Notes: generated by a model from the sequence alone, not told the origin. A stretch of 64,000 bases of DNA from Ascidiella aspersa (GCA_963924565.1 OZ004607.1:6448001-6512000), one strand, 5' to 3'. Counted from the stretch's first letter, positions 36,641 through 51,749 are shown. Numbers and translations: made by a program.

Positions 36641-39600
36641 CTGCAAAAAAAAGTTTTCGCTCAGGTCAAATGTCTAAATATAAATGAAAGAAATGTCGGT
36701 TGTTGTTGATAAGACTAAACAAGTCACACTGCAGATAGAAAGAAAGTAATGACGCCTACTTTTTACCATCACAAATTTTTAATCAACGAATGTAGGTGCT
36801 GAGTATCTATACGTAATGCAAGCCAATAAAAATAATTACCAATAGTTTTAGGTTGCTAAATAAATGCACCAAGACGTTTGTTAATCCATGTGGCTACCCC
36901 CTTTATATCCATTAACACCTACTTATTTTAATTTATCAAGGGTCACATCAGTCCTAAATTAATATGGCTTAAATCCCAAAAAAAGCATTTCCCAACCGCT
37001 GCCCGCGGGCCAACGAAAAAAAGTACAACATATATTATTTACCATTTTTGCTTAATACTTTGGCTTAGCTCATTGGGCCCACAGTACCTTAAATACCATA
37101 ATTCAACTACGAGGCGTATGTAAAGCAAAAATTACAGCCAGTACAAGAGAAATATTGGTATACATAAAATTTGCGCTATAGGTGCGCCACCACGTGTTTA
37201 GATACACAAGTGCGGTCTGACGTTAAAAAGTTGCTCCAGAGGAACAAAACCAGCAGGTCTTCGGCGACACAAAAACTAGGATAGTTAAACTTACACTTGT
37301 ACTTTAATATCACTTACCTTGTAGTATTGCTTGTTGAGTGCAAAGTGTGATTTGGGACGTGCTTCGTCGCGTTTATATAGCATTTTGCGAGGTGCGTTGT
37401 GGTTTTAGGACGTCGAAATTCCTCGAAACTTACAGACCGATCGTTCCTAACTTCTTCGTCGTATCGCAACGATGTTTGTTTTTAAACGTGGCAGATAACG
37501 TTGAATATTGTCCCGGCTAAATTATTCGGGTTTTACAATTAACAATAAGCATTACCACCTTTCTGGTTTGCAATGTTGCTTTACAAAAAATCGCCTCTAA
37601 ACTGTATTAAGATTAATTATTCCGATATATTAAGAAACCGATAATCATCTTTTGGTTTAGTTGATTAGATATATTTGCTTTTAAATTCAGTGAGAGAACC
37701 AATATGAGCGTTTCTGGGGTTTTGGTAATTAAATAAACCCTATTTTTTCGAAAAAACTATTTGGGCAAGCGAAAGCTTGGTGCCACAATCGATACCAAAA
37801 TAAAACAGAAGAGAAGTGTCATAAAGTTAATAATTTGTGCCATTTTATGGAACATAGACTGTAGCGTTTGGAACACACTACTCTTTCACCCGGAAAAGCT
37901 TAAAATAATGGATATATTCTGTACATTTTTTTCAAATTATAACCTACCTAATAAACCCACGCTAGAGTACAAATATCTTCCCGGCGTTGTTTTAACGTAG
38001 GGGTCGAAAGTTACGTCATAACGTGACGTCATGATACCAGTTACCTTTAGAAATTCCTATGTCCGGTCGAACTCGTTCATCTACGATACTTGGTCCAATG
38101 TATATATTTGAAAAGGGATAAAGCGTGAGCGCAAAAATATTGCGATCAGATGGTTGAAATTGACAAAACGTTTATGTTAGAACTAGATGCAAAGCATTGA
38201 GTACACGATAAATGTTTGTACATTCCCAAATGCAGCTGTACTAAAAATTATCCCCGAAATAATTAAAAGGTAGTATACTAAGTAAAAAACCATATAAGAT
38301 TCGCGCAAAGCTAAAAAAGTGTTTGAGCTTATTTAAATAAAATCGGTAAAAAAATATAGTTTGGGGGATTTAGCTTCCTCCCTGGATACACCCTTGCACG
38401 TGGATACAAACTCAGATCACATTTTAAACCCCTTTGACACGTGTTTATAAGAAGGAAACTGTCACCTAAACTTACTTGTTATTTTTTGCGCAATTGATAG
38501 AGGAAGTAAAAACAGAAAATATCCGCACAGTTCAGCGTAATTGGAGAATATCCTTTAACATCCATTATATTCTTTTATTTGAAAACGTTGAAAGCTTCTT
38601 TGAAAATACAATCAGGCATGAATGTATCAAACAAGGTTGGTTGTAATTGAACAAGACCAACTCGTTTGAATTTTAATTCCTGTCATGCCAATAGATAAGG
38701 AAATGTTATTAAGATTAAACATTTCGAAGCATGATGCTGGAATATCGTTAACCATTTTCAGCCGGTGTATATCAGTGCTCAGTAACATTTTTGAACTTTT
38801 TTGAGCTGAGTCAGAGACGGGCTCGGCACTAATCAAAACGCACATTTGGCCAGATACGGACTCGGGACTTGAGAGCTGGACTCGGGTTCATTTTTTGGAC
38901 GTTATCGAACTCGGGTTATTTTTACCCGACTCGGTAGCACTGCCTTAAAACCCGAAACATGTGGTTATTACCCCTACATATTGTATTCTGTACTTTTTTG
39001 TCATAAATTGTTTTTCGAGAGACCAATTAAGCAAGATAAATTACCAATGCGTGTTGGGGCAATAACGGACAAATGGGGCTAAACTTTACTTATGTATTGC
39101 AATGAGTTTTTTTGCGTAGGCTATAGTAAATGTCTGCTATGTTGTAAAATTGAAACCATTAATGTAGGCTATAGCTGTGGCCTGTGGCACCCTATCGCTT
39201 GGAAAGCAGGTTTATTTTGAGATAAGTAGAGAATTTTGACTTGTGAAGATGTGCAAAAGTTTTTACCTGTCCCAGAATAGTGCATAGGCCTACACTCAGA
39301 GTATATACCTGCCTTGATGTACTATAAACGTTCCCGTATTAAATTTATTCACTATATTTCGAAGGAACACTTGCGCATGTATTATCCCAAAGCGTCGTAC
39401 GTGTCATAACCCATCTCTCAAAACTACCCTTTAAGTAAATTAAACGATTTAGGCCTAAGGTCGTTTTATCGCTTGCGCGAATCGATAAAATGTGTGTAAT
39501 GCAGCTTTTGTAATGAAAGTTGCACCTCTTCGACCAAAAACTTTAACACGTCGCTTTTGACTTTTTGGGCGAGACCATCTACATTACTTTTTCTATATTT

Positions 39601-42543
39601 GCTTCGCATTATGTACAAGTGTCATTGAAAGACAAATGGTTAGAAAAACAGTGAATAGCGCCAAATGTATTTGATAGTGGTTATAAAGAGCCCAAACAAC
39701 TTTTCTACTTTGTAAAACACATTGACTATATTGTTCACGACTTACTATTTTAAAAACGTTTGCAAGAATAAATAAAAATACGTCTTAGGTAAAAACACCA
39801 CAGTAATATTAACGATAGTAATATTGTCTAACTTAAGACAGTCATCAACGTATTTATAATTATACCCAAGTGTAACTTGTCGAATATAGTCAATAAAATT
39901 AATACGGGAATGTACATTAAGGCAGGTATTCTAAATGTGTGTGCACTATTCTTAGACAGGCGAAAACTTTTGCAAATCTTCACAAGTCAAAATTTTCTAT
40001 TTATCTTGAAATAAATAAAACTTCTTTCCAAGCGATAGGGCAGCCTACCACAGCTATATAGCCTACTATAACAATTTCAATTTTACAACATAGCGGACGT
40101 TTACTATACGCAAAAAAAACATTGTAATAAATAAAAAAAAGTTTGGCTCTTTTTGCCCCTGCACGCATTGTTAGTTTATCTTGCATGATGTCTCGAAAAA
40201 ACAATTTAAGAAAATAAAATAAAAAGTACAATATATAGGGGTAATAACCGCATGTTTCGGGTTTTGAGGCAGGGCTGCCGAGCCGTGCAAAAATAACCCG
40301 AGTCCGACTCCATCCACAAAAATGAATCCGAGTCCGAATTTCGAGTCCCGAGTGCGATTCTGGCCGATTGTGCGATTTCGATGAGTGCTGAGCCCGTCTC
40401 TGACTCAGCAATTTAAATAAAGTTACTGAGCACTGATACACACCGGCTGAAAATGGTTTACGATATTCCAGCATCATGCTTCGAAATGTTTGTCCTAATA
40501 ACATTACCTATCTATTGGCATGACAGAAATTAAAATTCATCCGAATTGGTCTTGTTCAATTTCAACCATAACCCTTTAGACATATTCATGACCTATTGCA
40601 TTTTCTAAGAAGTTTTCAACGTTTTAAAAATAAAATAAAAAGGAAGTGCCTTGAAGGATATTCTCCAATTACGCTGAACTGTGCGGATATTTTCTGTTTT
40701 TACTTTCTCTTGCAATTGCGCAAAAAATGACAAGAAAGTTTAGGTGCCAGTTTCCTTCTTATAAACACGTGTCAAAGGGGTTTAAAATGTGATCTGAGTT
40801 TTGTATCCACGTGCAAGGGTGTTTTCAGGGGGAAGGTATGTCCTCCAAACTATATTTTTTACCGATATTATTTAAATAAGCTCAAACACTTTTATAGCTT
40901 TGCGCGAATCTTTTAGGGTTTTGTACTTAGTATACTACCTTTTAATTATTTCGAGGATAATTTTTAGTACAGCTGCATTTGGGAATGTACAAACATTTAT
41001 CGTGTACCCAATGCCTTGCGTCTAGTTCTAACATAAACGTTTTGTCAATTTCAACCATCTGATCGCAATATTTTTGCGCTCACGCTTTATCCCTTTTCAA
41101 ATATATTCATTCGACCAAGTATAGTAGATGAACGAGATCGACCGGAAATATCATGACGTCACGTTATGACGTAACTTTCGACCCCTACGTTAAAACAACG
41201 CCGGGAAGATATTTGTACTCTAGCGTGGGTTTATTAGGTAGGTTATAATTTGAAAAAAATGTACAGAATATATCCGTTATTTTAAGCTTTTCAGGGTGAA
41301 AGAGTAGTGTGTTCCAAACGCTACAGTCTATGTTCCATAAAATGGCACAAATTATTAACTTTATGACACTTCTCTTCTGTTTTATTTTGCTATCGATTGT
41401 GGCACCAAGCTTTCGCTTGCCCAAATAGTTTTTTCGAAAAAATAGGGTTTATTTAATTACCAAAACCCCAGAAACGCTCATATTGGTTCTCTCACTGAAT
41501 TTAAAAGCAAATATATCTAATCAACTAAACCAAAAGATGATTATCGGTTTCTTAATATATCGGAATAATTAATCTTAATACAGTTTAGAGGCGATTTTTT
41601 GTAAAGCAACATTGCAAACCAGAAAGGTGGTAATGCTTATTGTTAATTGTAAAACCCGAATAATTTTGCCGGAAAAATATTCAACGTTATCTGCCACGTT
41701 TAAAAACAAACATCGTTGCGATACGACGAAGAAGTTAGGAACGATCGGTCTGTAAGTTTCGAGGAATTTTGACGTCCTAAACCACAACGCACCTCGCAAA
41801 ATGCTATATAAACGCGACGAAGCACGTCCCAAATCACACTTTGCATTCAACAAGCAATACTACAAGGTAAGTGATATTTAATTACAAACGTAAGCTTAAC
41901 TATCCTAGTTTTTGCGTCGCCGAAGACCTGCTGGTTTTGTTCCTCTGGAGCAACTTTTTAACGTCAGATCGCACCTGTGTATCTAAACACGTGGTGGCGC
42001 GCCTATAGCGCAACTTTTATGTATACCAGTATTTGGCTTGTACTGGCTGTAGATTTTGCTTTACATAGGCCTCGTAGTTGAATTATGGTCTTTAAAGTAC
42101 TGTGGGCCCAATAAGCTAATCCAAAGTATTAAGCAAAAATAGTAAACAATATATGTCGTACTTTTTTTCGTTGGCCCTCGGGCAGCGGTCGGGAAATGCT
42201 TCTTTTGTAATTTAAGCCATATTAATTTAGGACTGATGTGACCCCTGATAAATTAATACAAGTAGGTGTTAATGGATATAAAGGGGTTAGTCACATGGAT
42301 TACCAAATGTCTTGGTGCATTTATTTAGCAACCTAAAACTATTGGTAATTATTATTATTGGCTTGCATTACGTAAAAATACTCTGCATCTCCCTTTGTTG
42401 ATTAAAAATTTGTGATGGTAAAAAAGTAGGCGCCATGACTTTCTTTCCATCTGCAGTGTGTCTTGTTCAGTCTTATCAACAACAACCGACATTTCTTTCA
42501 TTTATATTTAGACATTTGACTTGAGCGAAAATTTTTTTTGCAG

Positions 42544-43113
42544 ATGAACAGCTGCATTTTGATTTTGTCCGTTTTGGTTCTTGTCGTCGCTTTTAGCGAG
42601 GCGGCCGTGCTGCAGAACCGAAACAAGAGGCAGATTTTTTACAACGGACCAACCGGCATCCATGGTAATGGTGCCGCAAGTCTTGGATTAGGACTTGGAG
42701 GATTCCAAGCCCAGGCATTGGCCAACGCAGGACTTGGAATTCAAGGATTTGGTGGAGCCCATGCCGCGCTTGGCGGAACTGCCTCGATCAATAAGGAAGG
42801 GTTAAATGCCGCCGTTCAAGGCCAGGCAGGTATCGGCATTAATCACTTCGCGGGTGTTGCCGCGAATGCAGGTGGGCAACTTGCGATCAATCAGCACGGA
42901 ATAGGCGCCGCGGCTAACGCAAATCTTCAAGCAAACCTTGGACCAATTCAAGCAGGAGCTAATCTCGGCGGCGTTGCTCAACTCGGACCAAATGGATTGC
43001 ATGCCGGGCTTCAAGGTGGCTTCAGCCTTGGGGATGAGTTGGGGGCTGCAGAAGGCAGGTTCCTTGAAAATGACGGAGTTTTTAACAAATATTGGATCGT
43101 CGGTGCTCCCTAA
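42544..43113 (+). CDS. Secreted Gly/Ala-rich precursor, copy 5 (189 aa, intact)
   Basis: ORF 42538..43113; donor at 41866/41867. Confidence 0.93.
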   Translation: MNSCILILSVLVLVVAFSEAAVLQNRNKRQIFYNGPTGIHGNGAASLGLGLGGFQAQALANAGLGIQGFGGAHAALGGTASINKEGLNAAVQGQAGIGINHFAGVAANAGGQLAINQHGIGAAANANLQANLGPIQAGANLGGVAQLGPNGLHAGLQGGFSLGDELGAAEGRFLENDGVFNKYWIVGAP

Positions 43114-45500
43114 AAAGTAGAAGCGATCATCTTTACAGCCTAATTGCAACAATAGTCATTCTCATGTTTACATTTGATGGTTATTTGTCATGGCGGTCAG
43201 AATAAAAGTTACATAAATGTACAAAACAACCATGTTAAGGTCAGCAAACTGTTTTAATCGCTCGAAAAACGATGTGACTGAACATATTCTTATACATTTT
43301 AGCAGTTAGATCAGTTCATCAACCAACCGATTTTATACTGTAAATTTAAGAAATTGGTGTATATACATATAGGCTAGAACCAGTGACCAAATTTGTTCTC
43401 GAGACCTCCTTTAAGATATTCCATAACTTACGCGAGACCCTATTATAGTAGATTACACGTAAACCAAAGGCAATTAGAATCATATTACACAAAACTAACT
43501 AAAATCAAGGTATAGCGTTTATTCGGGTTATTACGACTTGAATAGAAAAGTGCATTGACCGCTCGCAAAGTAACGAAAATAGGTTTATGGAAACTCGTAA
43601 TTAACCAAGCAATATAAGGATTGTTTTACTATTGTATTTCAAAGTATAAAGCAGGAGTCTTGACTTTTTTACCAGTACACTTTCGATTTGTCTGCAAGTA
43701 AGGTGTATCCCATTAGAATAATTATCCCTACTGTTCACCTAAGCCAGTGCTTTTCAACCTTTTTGCTGGAGTAGAATGCCATGGAAACATTTCACTGGCT
43801 CGAGGAACCCGAGTGCAATAATTTCACTGGCTCGAGGAACCCCAGTGCAATAAACACACCCCAATTAGCTACGCAATTTAGAAATTGCGGAACCCCTGGC
43901 CTGTACTAGCGGAACCCTTGGGTTCATCGGACCATGGTTGAAAACCACTGACCTAAGCAGTAGCAACAATTTCTATTAAAATGAATTCTCCAGGTCTAGG
44001 GCAGTGTTTCTTAATAAGGTGATTGGTTTACCCCAGGGTGAATAAATTTTTTTAAGGGTTGAACCAACCAAAAGGGGTGAATAAGGGTGAACGGTCAGAA
44101 CGTGAATGATAGCTTGCGAACAAGGCGGATATTCCGGGTGTTCAGTGAACAGGTGGGAATTACCAAAAACAAAATTAATTCTAAGTTTTTTCACAAGGAT
44201 GAATGGAATCTGTAGATTGATGCTAGGAGTAAACAAAACTAAAAAAGGTTTAAGAAACACTGCTCTAGGGTATGCCCACGTTTTGCGATACCGGATCAAA
44301 ATATGTAACAGCATTGTCCTACTTTAATACTTACGAGAAAAATAGAATATCACAAACCCATCAATAAAATATCACTTCCAAAAAATATCGTCTTATTTTA
44401 TATTTAAAACAGTTTAGACCAGGACCAGGAGTCCTAATCTTCTAAGTGACAGGAGTAAGCGAGAGAAATTTGCGCAGATACCCTAGAGCAGTGGTTCTTA
44501 AACTGTTTTTAGTTTTGTATACCCCTAGCATCGATCTCCAGATTCTATTAACCCTGATAAAAAAACTTAATTTAGTTTTTGGAAATTCTCACCTGTTCAC
44601 TAAACAGGTTGAACACCCGGAATACCACCCTGCTCGCAAGCTATCATCCATTTCTGACGGTTCACCCTTATTTACTCCTTTTGGTTGATTCACCCCTGCA
44701 AAATGTTATTCACCCGGGGTGGACCAATCACCTGATTAAGAAACACTGCCCTAGACCTGGAGAGTTTATTTAAATAGAATATAAATTGTTGCTAACACTT
44801 AGGTGAACAGTTGGGATAATTATTCTGATGGCATACACCTTACATGCAAACAAATCGAAAGTGTACTGGTAAAAAAGTTCAAGACTTCTGCTTTATACTT
44901 TGAAATACAATAGTAAAACAATCACTATATTGTTTGGTTAATTACGAGTTTCCATAAACCGATTTTCATTGTTACTTCACGAACGGCCAATACATTTTTC
45001 TATTCAAGTCGTAATGACCCGAATAAACGTTATACCTTGATTTTAGTTAGTTTTGTATAGTTTTGACGACATTCTTGGCAAAGTGAAACAATCCATTCAG
45101 ACAATTAATCGAACTGCCATTTTGAATATGATTCTAATTGCCTCTGGTTTACGTGTAATCTACTAAAATAGGGTCTCGGGTAAGTTATGGAATATCTTAA
45201 AAAGAGGTCTCGAGAACAAATATTTTGGCCACTGGTCTAGCTTACACACATATACACCAATTTCTAGAACTTAATGTATAAAATCGGTTGGTTGATAAAC
45301 TGATCTAACTGCTAAAATGTATAAGATTCTGTTCAGTCACATCGTTTTTCGAGCGATTAAAACAGTTTGCTGACCTTAACATGGTTGTTTTATACATTTC
45401 TGTAACTTTTATTCTAACCGCCATGACAAATAACAATCAAATGTAAACATGTGAATGACTATTGTTGCGATTAGGCTGTAAAGATGATCGCTTCTACTTT

Positions 45501-46003
45501 TTAGGGAGCACCGATGATCCAATTTGAGTTAAAAACTCCGTCATTTTCGAGGAACCTGCCTTCTGCAGCCCCCAACTCATCCCCAAGGCTGAAGCCACCT
45601 TGAACACCGGTGTGGAATCCATTTGGTCCGAGTTGAGCAACGCCGCCGAGATTAGCTCCTGCTTTAATTGGTCCAAGGTTTGCTTGACGATTTGCGTTAG
45701 CCGCGGCGCCTATTCCATTGTGATTGATCGCAAGTTGCCCACCTGCCCTTCCTTATTGATCGAGGCAGTTCCGCCAAGCGCGGCTTGGGCTCCACCAAAT
45801 CCATGAATTCCAAGTCCTGCGTTGGCCAATGCCTGGGCTTGGAATCCTCCAGGTCCTAATTCAAGACTTGCGGCACCATTACCATGAATGCCGGTTGGTC
45901 CGTTGTAAAAAATCTGCCTTTTGTTTCGTTTCTGCAGCACGGCCGCCTCGCTAAAAGCGACGACAAGAACCAAAACGGACAAAATCAAAATGCAGCTGTT
46001 CAT
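45501..46003 (-). pseudogene. Array copy 6: 67-bp internal deletion and frameshift (97-aa truncated product); ~160-bp upstream deletion at ~46857
   Basis: cacctgc|ccttccttattg junction at ~45746; span 503 nt; gtggcag|gtttagttg junction upstream of the TATA box. Confidence 0.88.
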
Positions 46004-49000
46004 CTGCGAAAAAAAGCGCTTGCTCAGGTCAAATGTCTAAATATAAATGAAAGAAATGTCGGTTGTTGTTGATAAGACTAAACAAGACACACTGCAGATG
46101 GAAAGAAAGTCATGGCGCCTACTTTTTTACCATCACAAATTTTTAATCAACAAAGGGAGATGCAGAGTATTTTTACGTAATGCAAGCCAATAAAAATAAT
46201 TACCAATAGTTTTAGGTTGCTAAATAAATGCACCAAGACGTTTGTTAATCCATGTGGCTACCACCTTCATATCCATTAACACTTACTTATTTTAATTTAT
46301 CAAGGGTCACATCAGTCCTAAATTAATATGGCTTAAATCCCAAAAAAAGCATTTCCCAACCGCTGCCCGTGGGCCAACGAAACAAAGTACGACATATATT
46401 GTATACTATTTTTGCTTAATACTTTGGCTTAGCTCATTGGGCCCACAGTACCTTAAATACCATAATTCAACTACGAGGCCTATGTAAAGCAAAAATTACA
46501 GCCAGTACAAGAGAAATATTGGTATACATAAAAGTTGCGCTATAGGTGCGCCACCACGTGTTTAGATACACAGGTGCGGTTTGACGTTAAAAAGTTGCTC
46601 CAGAGGAACAAAACCAGCAGGTCTTCGGCGACGCAAAAACTAGGATAGTTAAGCTTACGTTTGTAATTAAATATCACTTACCTTGTGGTATTGCTTGTTG
46701 AATGCAAAGTGTGATTTGGGACGTGCTTCGTCGCGTTTATATAGCATTTTGCGAGGTGCGTTGTGGTTTAGGACGTCAAAATTCCTCGAAACTTACAGAC
46801 CGATCGTTCCTAACTTCTTCGTCGTATCGCAACGATGTTTGTTTTTAAACGTGGCAGGTTTAGTTGATTAGATATATTTGCTTTTAAATTCAGTGAAAGA
46901 ACCAATATGAGCGTTTCTGGGGTTTTGGTAATTAAATAAACCCTATTTTTTCGAAAATACTATTTGGGCAAGCGAAAGCTTGGTGCCACAATCGATAGCA
47001 AAATAAAACAAAAGAGAAGTGTCATAAAGTTAATAATTTGAGCCATTTTATGGAACATAGACTGTAGCGTTTGGAACACACTACTCTTTCACCCTGAAAA
47101 GCTTAAAATAACGGATATATTCTGTACATTTTTTTCAAATTATAACCTACCTAATAAACCCACGCTAGAGTACAAATATCTTCCCGGCGTTGTTTTAGCG
47201 TAGGGGTCGAAAGTTACGTCATAACGTGACGTCATGATACAAGTTACATTTATAAATTCCTATGTCTGGTCGAACTCGTTCATCTACTATACTTGGTCGA
47301 ATGTATATATTTGAAAAGGGATAAAGCGTGAGCGCAAAAATATTGAGATCAGATGGTTGAAATTGACAAAACCTTTATGTTAGAACTAGACGCAAGGCAT
47401 TGGGTACACGATCAATGTTTGTACATTCCCAAATGCAGTTGTACTAAAAATTATACTCGAAATAATTAAAAGGTAGTATACTAAGTAAAAAAACATATAA
47501 GATTCGCGCAAAGCTAAAAAAGTGTTTGAGCTTATTTAAATAAAATCGGTAAAAAAATATAGTTTGGGGGATATAGCTTCCTCCCTGGATACACCCTTGC
47601 ACGTGGATACAAACTCAGATCACATTTTAAACCCCTTTGACACGTGTTTATAAGAAGGAAACTGTCACCTAAACTTACTTGTTATATTTTGCGCAATGGA
47701 TAGAGGAAGTAAAAACAGAAAATATCCGCACAGTTCAGCGTAATTGGAGAATGTCCTTTAAGTCACATCCTTTATATTCTTTTATTTGAAAACGTTGAAA
47801 GCTTCTTTGAAAATACAATCAGGCATGAATGTATCAAACAAGGTTGGTTGTAATTGAACAAGACCAACTCGTTTGAATTTTAATTCCTGTCATGCCAATA
47901 GATAAGGAAATGTTATTAAGATTAAACATTTCGAAGCATGATGCTGGAATATCGTTAACCATTTTCAGCCGGTGTATATCAGTGCTCAGTAACATTTTTG
48001 AACTTTTTTGAGCTGAGTCAGAGACGGGCTCGGCACTAATCAAAACGCACATTTGGCCAGATACGGACTCGGGACTTGAGAGCTGGACTCGGGTTCATTT
48101 TTTGGACGTTATCGAACTCGGGTTATTTTTACCCGACTCGGTAGCACTGCCTTAAAACCCGAAACATGTGGTTATTACCCCTACATATTGTATTCTGTAC
48201 TTTTTTGTCATAAATTGTTTTTCGAGAGACCAATTAAGCAAGATAAATTACCAATGCGTGTTGGGGCAATAACGGACAAATGGGGCTAAACTTTACTTAT
48301 GTATTGCAATGAGTTTTTTTGCGTAGGCTATAGTAAATGTCTGCTATGTTGTAAAATTGAAACCATTAATGTAGGCTATAGCTGTGGCCTGTGGCACCCT
48401 ATCGCTTGGAAAGCAGGTTTATTTTGAGATAAGTAGAGAATTTTGACTTGTGAAGATGTGCAAAAGTTTTTACTTGTCCCAGAATAGTGCATAGGCCTAC
48501 ACTCAGAGTATATACCTGCCTTGATGTACTATAAACGTTCCCGTATTAAATTTATTCACTATATTTCGAAGGAACACTTGCGCATGTATTATCCCAAAGC
48601 GTCGTACGTGTCATAACCCATCTCTCAAAACTACCCTTTAAGTAAATTAAACGATTTAGGCCTAAGGTCGTTTTATCGCTTGCGCGAATCGATAAAATGT
48701 GTGTAATGCAGCTTTTGTAATGAAAGTTGCACCTCTTCGACCAAAAACTTTAACACGTCGCTTTTGACTTTTTGGGCGAGACCATCTACATTACTTTTTC
48801 TATATTTGCTTCGCATTATGTACAAGTGTCATTGAAAGACAAATGGTTAGAAAAACAGTGAATAGCGCCAAATGTATTTGATAGTGGTTATAAAGAGCCC
48901 AAACAACTTCTCTACTTTGTAAAACACATTGACTATATTGTTCACGACTTACTATTTTAAAAACGTTTGCAAGAATAAATAAAAATACGTCTTAGGTAAA

Positions 49001-51749
49001 AACACCACAGTAATATTAACGATAGTAATATTGTCTAACTTAAGACAGTCATCAACGTATTTATAATTATACCCAAGTGTAACTTGTCGAATATAGTCAA
49101 TAAAATTAATACGGGAATGTACATTAAGGCAGGTATTCTAAATGTGTGTGCACTATTCTTAGACAGGCGAAAACTTTTGCAAATCTTCACAAGTCAAAAT
49201 TTTCTATTTATCTTGAAATAAATAAAACTTCTTTCCAAGCGATAGGGTAGCCTACCACAGCTATATAGCCTACTATAACAATTTCAATTTTACAACATAG
49301 CGGACGTTTACTATACGCAAAAAAAACATTGTAATAAATAAAAAAAAGTTTGGCTCTTTTTGCCCCTGCACGCATTGTTAGTTTATCTTGCATGATGTCT
49401 CGAAAAAACAATTTAAGAAAATAAAATAAAAAGTACAATATATAGGGGTAATAACCGCATGTTTCGGGTTTTGAGGCAGGGCTGCCGAGCCGTGCAAAAA
49501 TAACCCGAGTCCGACTCCATCCACAAAAATGAATCCGAGTCCGAATTTCGAGTCCCGAGTGCGATTCTGGCCGATTGTGCGATTTCGATGAGTGCTGAGC
49601 CCGTCTCTGACTCAGCAATTTAAATAAAGTTACTGAGCACTGATACACACCGGCTGAAAACGGTTTACGATATTCCAGCATCATGCTTCGAAATGTTTGT
49701 CCTAATAACATTACCTATCTATTGGCATGACAGAAATTAAAATTCATCCGAATTGGTCTTGTTCAATTTCAACCATAACCCTTTAGACATATTCATGACC
49801 TATTGCATTTTCTAAGAAGTTTTCAACGTTTTAAAAATAAAATAAAAAGGAAGTGCCTTGAAGGATATTCTCCAATTACGCTGAACTGTGCGGATATTTT
49901 CTGTTTTTACTTTCTCTTGCAATTGCGCAAAAAATGACAAGAAAGTTTAGGTGCCAGTTTCCTTCTTATAAACACGTGTCAAAGGGGTTTAAAATGTGAT
50001 CTGAGTTTTGTATCCACGTGCAAGGGTGTTTTCAGGGGGAAGGTATGTCCTCCAAACTATATTTTTTACCGATATTATTTAAATAAGCTCAAACACTTTT
50101 ATAGCTTTGCGCGAATCTTTTAGGGTTTTGTACTTAGTATACTACCTTTTAATTATTTCGAGGATAATTTTTAGTACAGCTGCATTTGGGAATGTACAAA
50201 CATTTATCGTGTACCCAATGCCTTGCGTCTAGTTCTAACATAAACGTTTTGTCAATTTCAACCATCTGATCGCAATATTTTTGCGCTCACGCTTTATCCC
50301 TTTTCAAATATATTCATTCGACCAAGTATAGTAGATGAACGAGTTCGACCGGAAATATCATGACTTCACGTTATGACGTAACTTTCGACCCCTACGTTAA
50401 AACGACGCCGGGAAGATATTTGTACTCTAGCGTGGGTTTATTAGGTAGGTTATAATTTGAAAAAAATGTACAGAATATATCCATTATTTTAAGCTTTTCC
50501 GGGTGAAAGAGTAGTGTGTTCCAAACGCTTCAGTCTATGCTCCATAAAATGGCTCAAATTATTAACTTTATGACACTTCTCTTCTGTTTTATTTTGGTAT
50601 CGATTGTGGGACCAAGCTTTCGCTTGCCCAAATAGTATTTTCGAAAAAATAGGCTTTATTTAATTACCAAAACCCCAGAAACGCTCATATTGGTTCTTTC
50701 ACTGCATTTAAAAGCAAATATACCTAATCAATTAAACCAAAAGATGATTATCGGTTTCTTAATATATCGGAATAATTAATCTTAATACAGTTTAGAGGCG
50801 ATTTTTGTAAAGCAACATTGCAAAACACACAGGTGGTAATGCTTATTGTTAATTGTAAAACCCGAAAAATTTTGCCGGGAAAATATTCAACGTTATCTGC
50901 CACGTTTAAAAACAAACATCGTTGCGATACGACGAAGAAGTTAGGAACGATCGGTCTGTAAGTTTCGAGGAATTTTGACGTCCTAAACCACAACGCACCT
51001 CGCAAAATGCTATATAAACGCGACGAAGCACGTCCCAAATCACACTTTGCATTCAACAAGCAATACTACAAGGTAAGTGATATTTAATTACAAACGTAAG
51101 CTTAACTATCCTAGTTTTTGCGTCGCCGAAGACCTGCTGGTTTTGTTCCTCTGGAGCAACTTTTTAACGTCAGATCGCACCTGTGTATCTAAACACGTGG
51201 TGGCGCGCCTATAGCGCAACTTTTATTTATACCAGTATTTGGCTTGTACTGGCTGTAGATTTTGCTTTACATAGGCCTCGTAGTTGAATTATGGTCTTTA
51301 AAGTACTGTGGGCCCAATAAGCTAATCCAAAGTATTCAGCAAAAATAGTAAACAATATATGTCGTACTTTTTTTCGTTGGCCCTCGGGCAGCGGTCGGGA
51401 AATGCTTCTTTTGTAATTTAAGCCATATTAATTTAGGACTGATGTGACCCCTGATAAATTAATACAAGTAGGTGTTAATGGATATAAAGGGGTTAGTCAC
51501 ATGGATTACCAAATGTCTTGGTGCATTTATTTAGCAACCTAAAACTATTGGTAATTATTATTATTGGCTTGCATTACGTAAAAATACTCTGCATCTCCCT
51601 TTGTTGATTAAAAATTTGTGATGGTAAAAAAGTAGGCGCCATGACTTTCTTTCCATCTGCAGTGTGTCTTGTTCAGTCTTATCAACAACAACCGACATTT
51701 CTTTCATTTATATTTAGACATTTGACTTGAGCGAAAATTTTTTTTGCAG

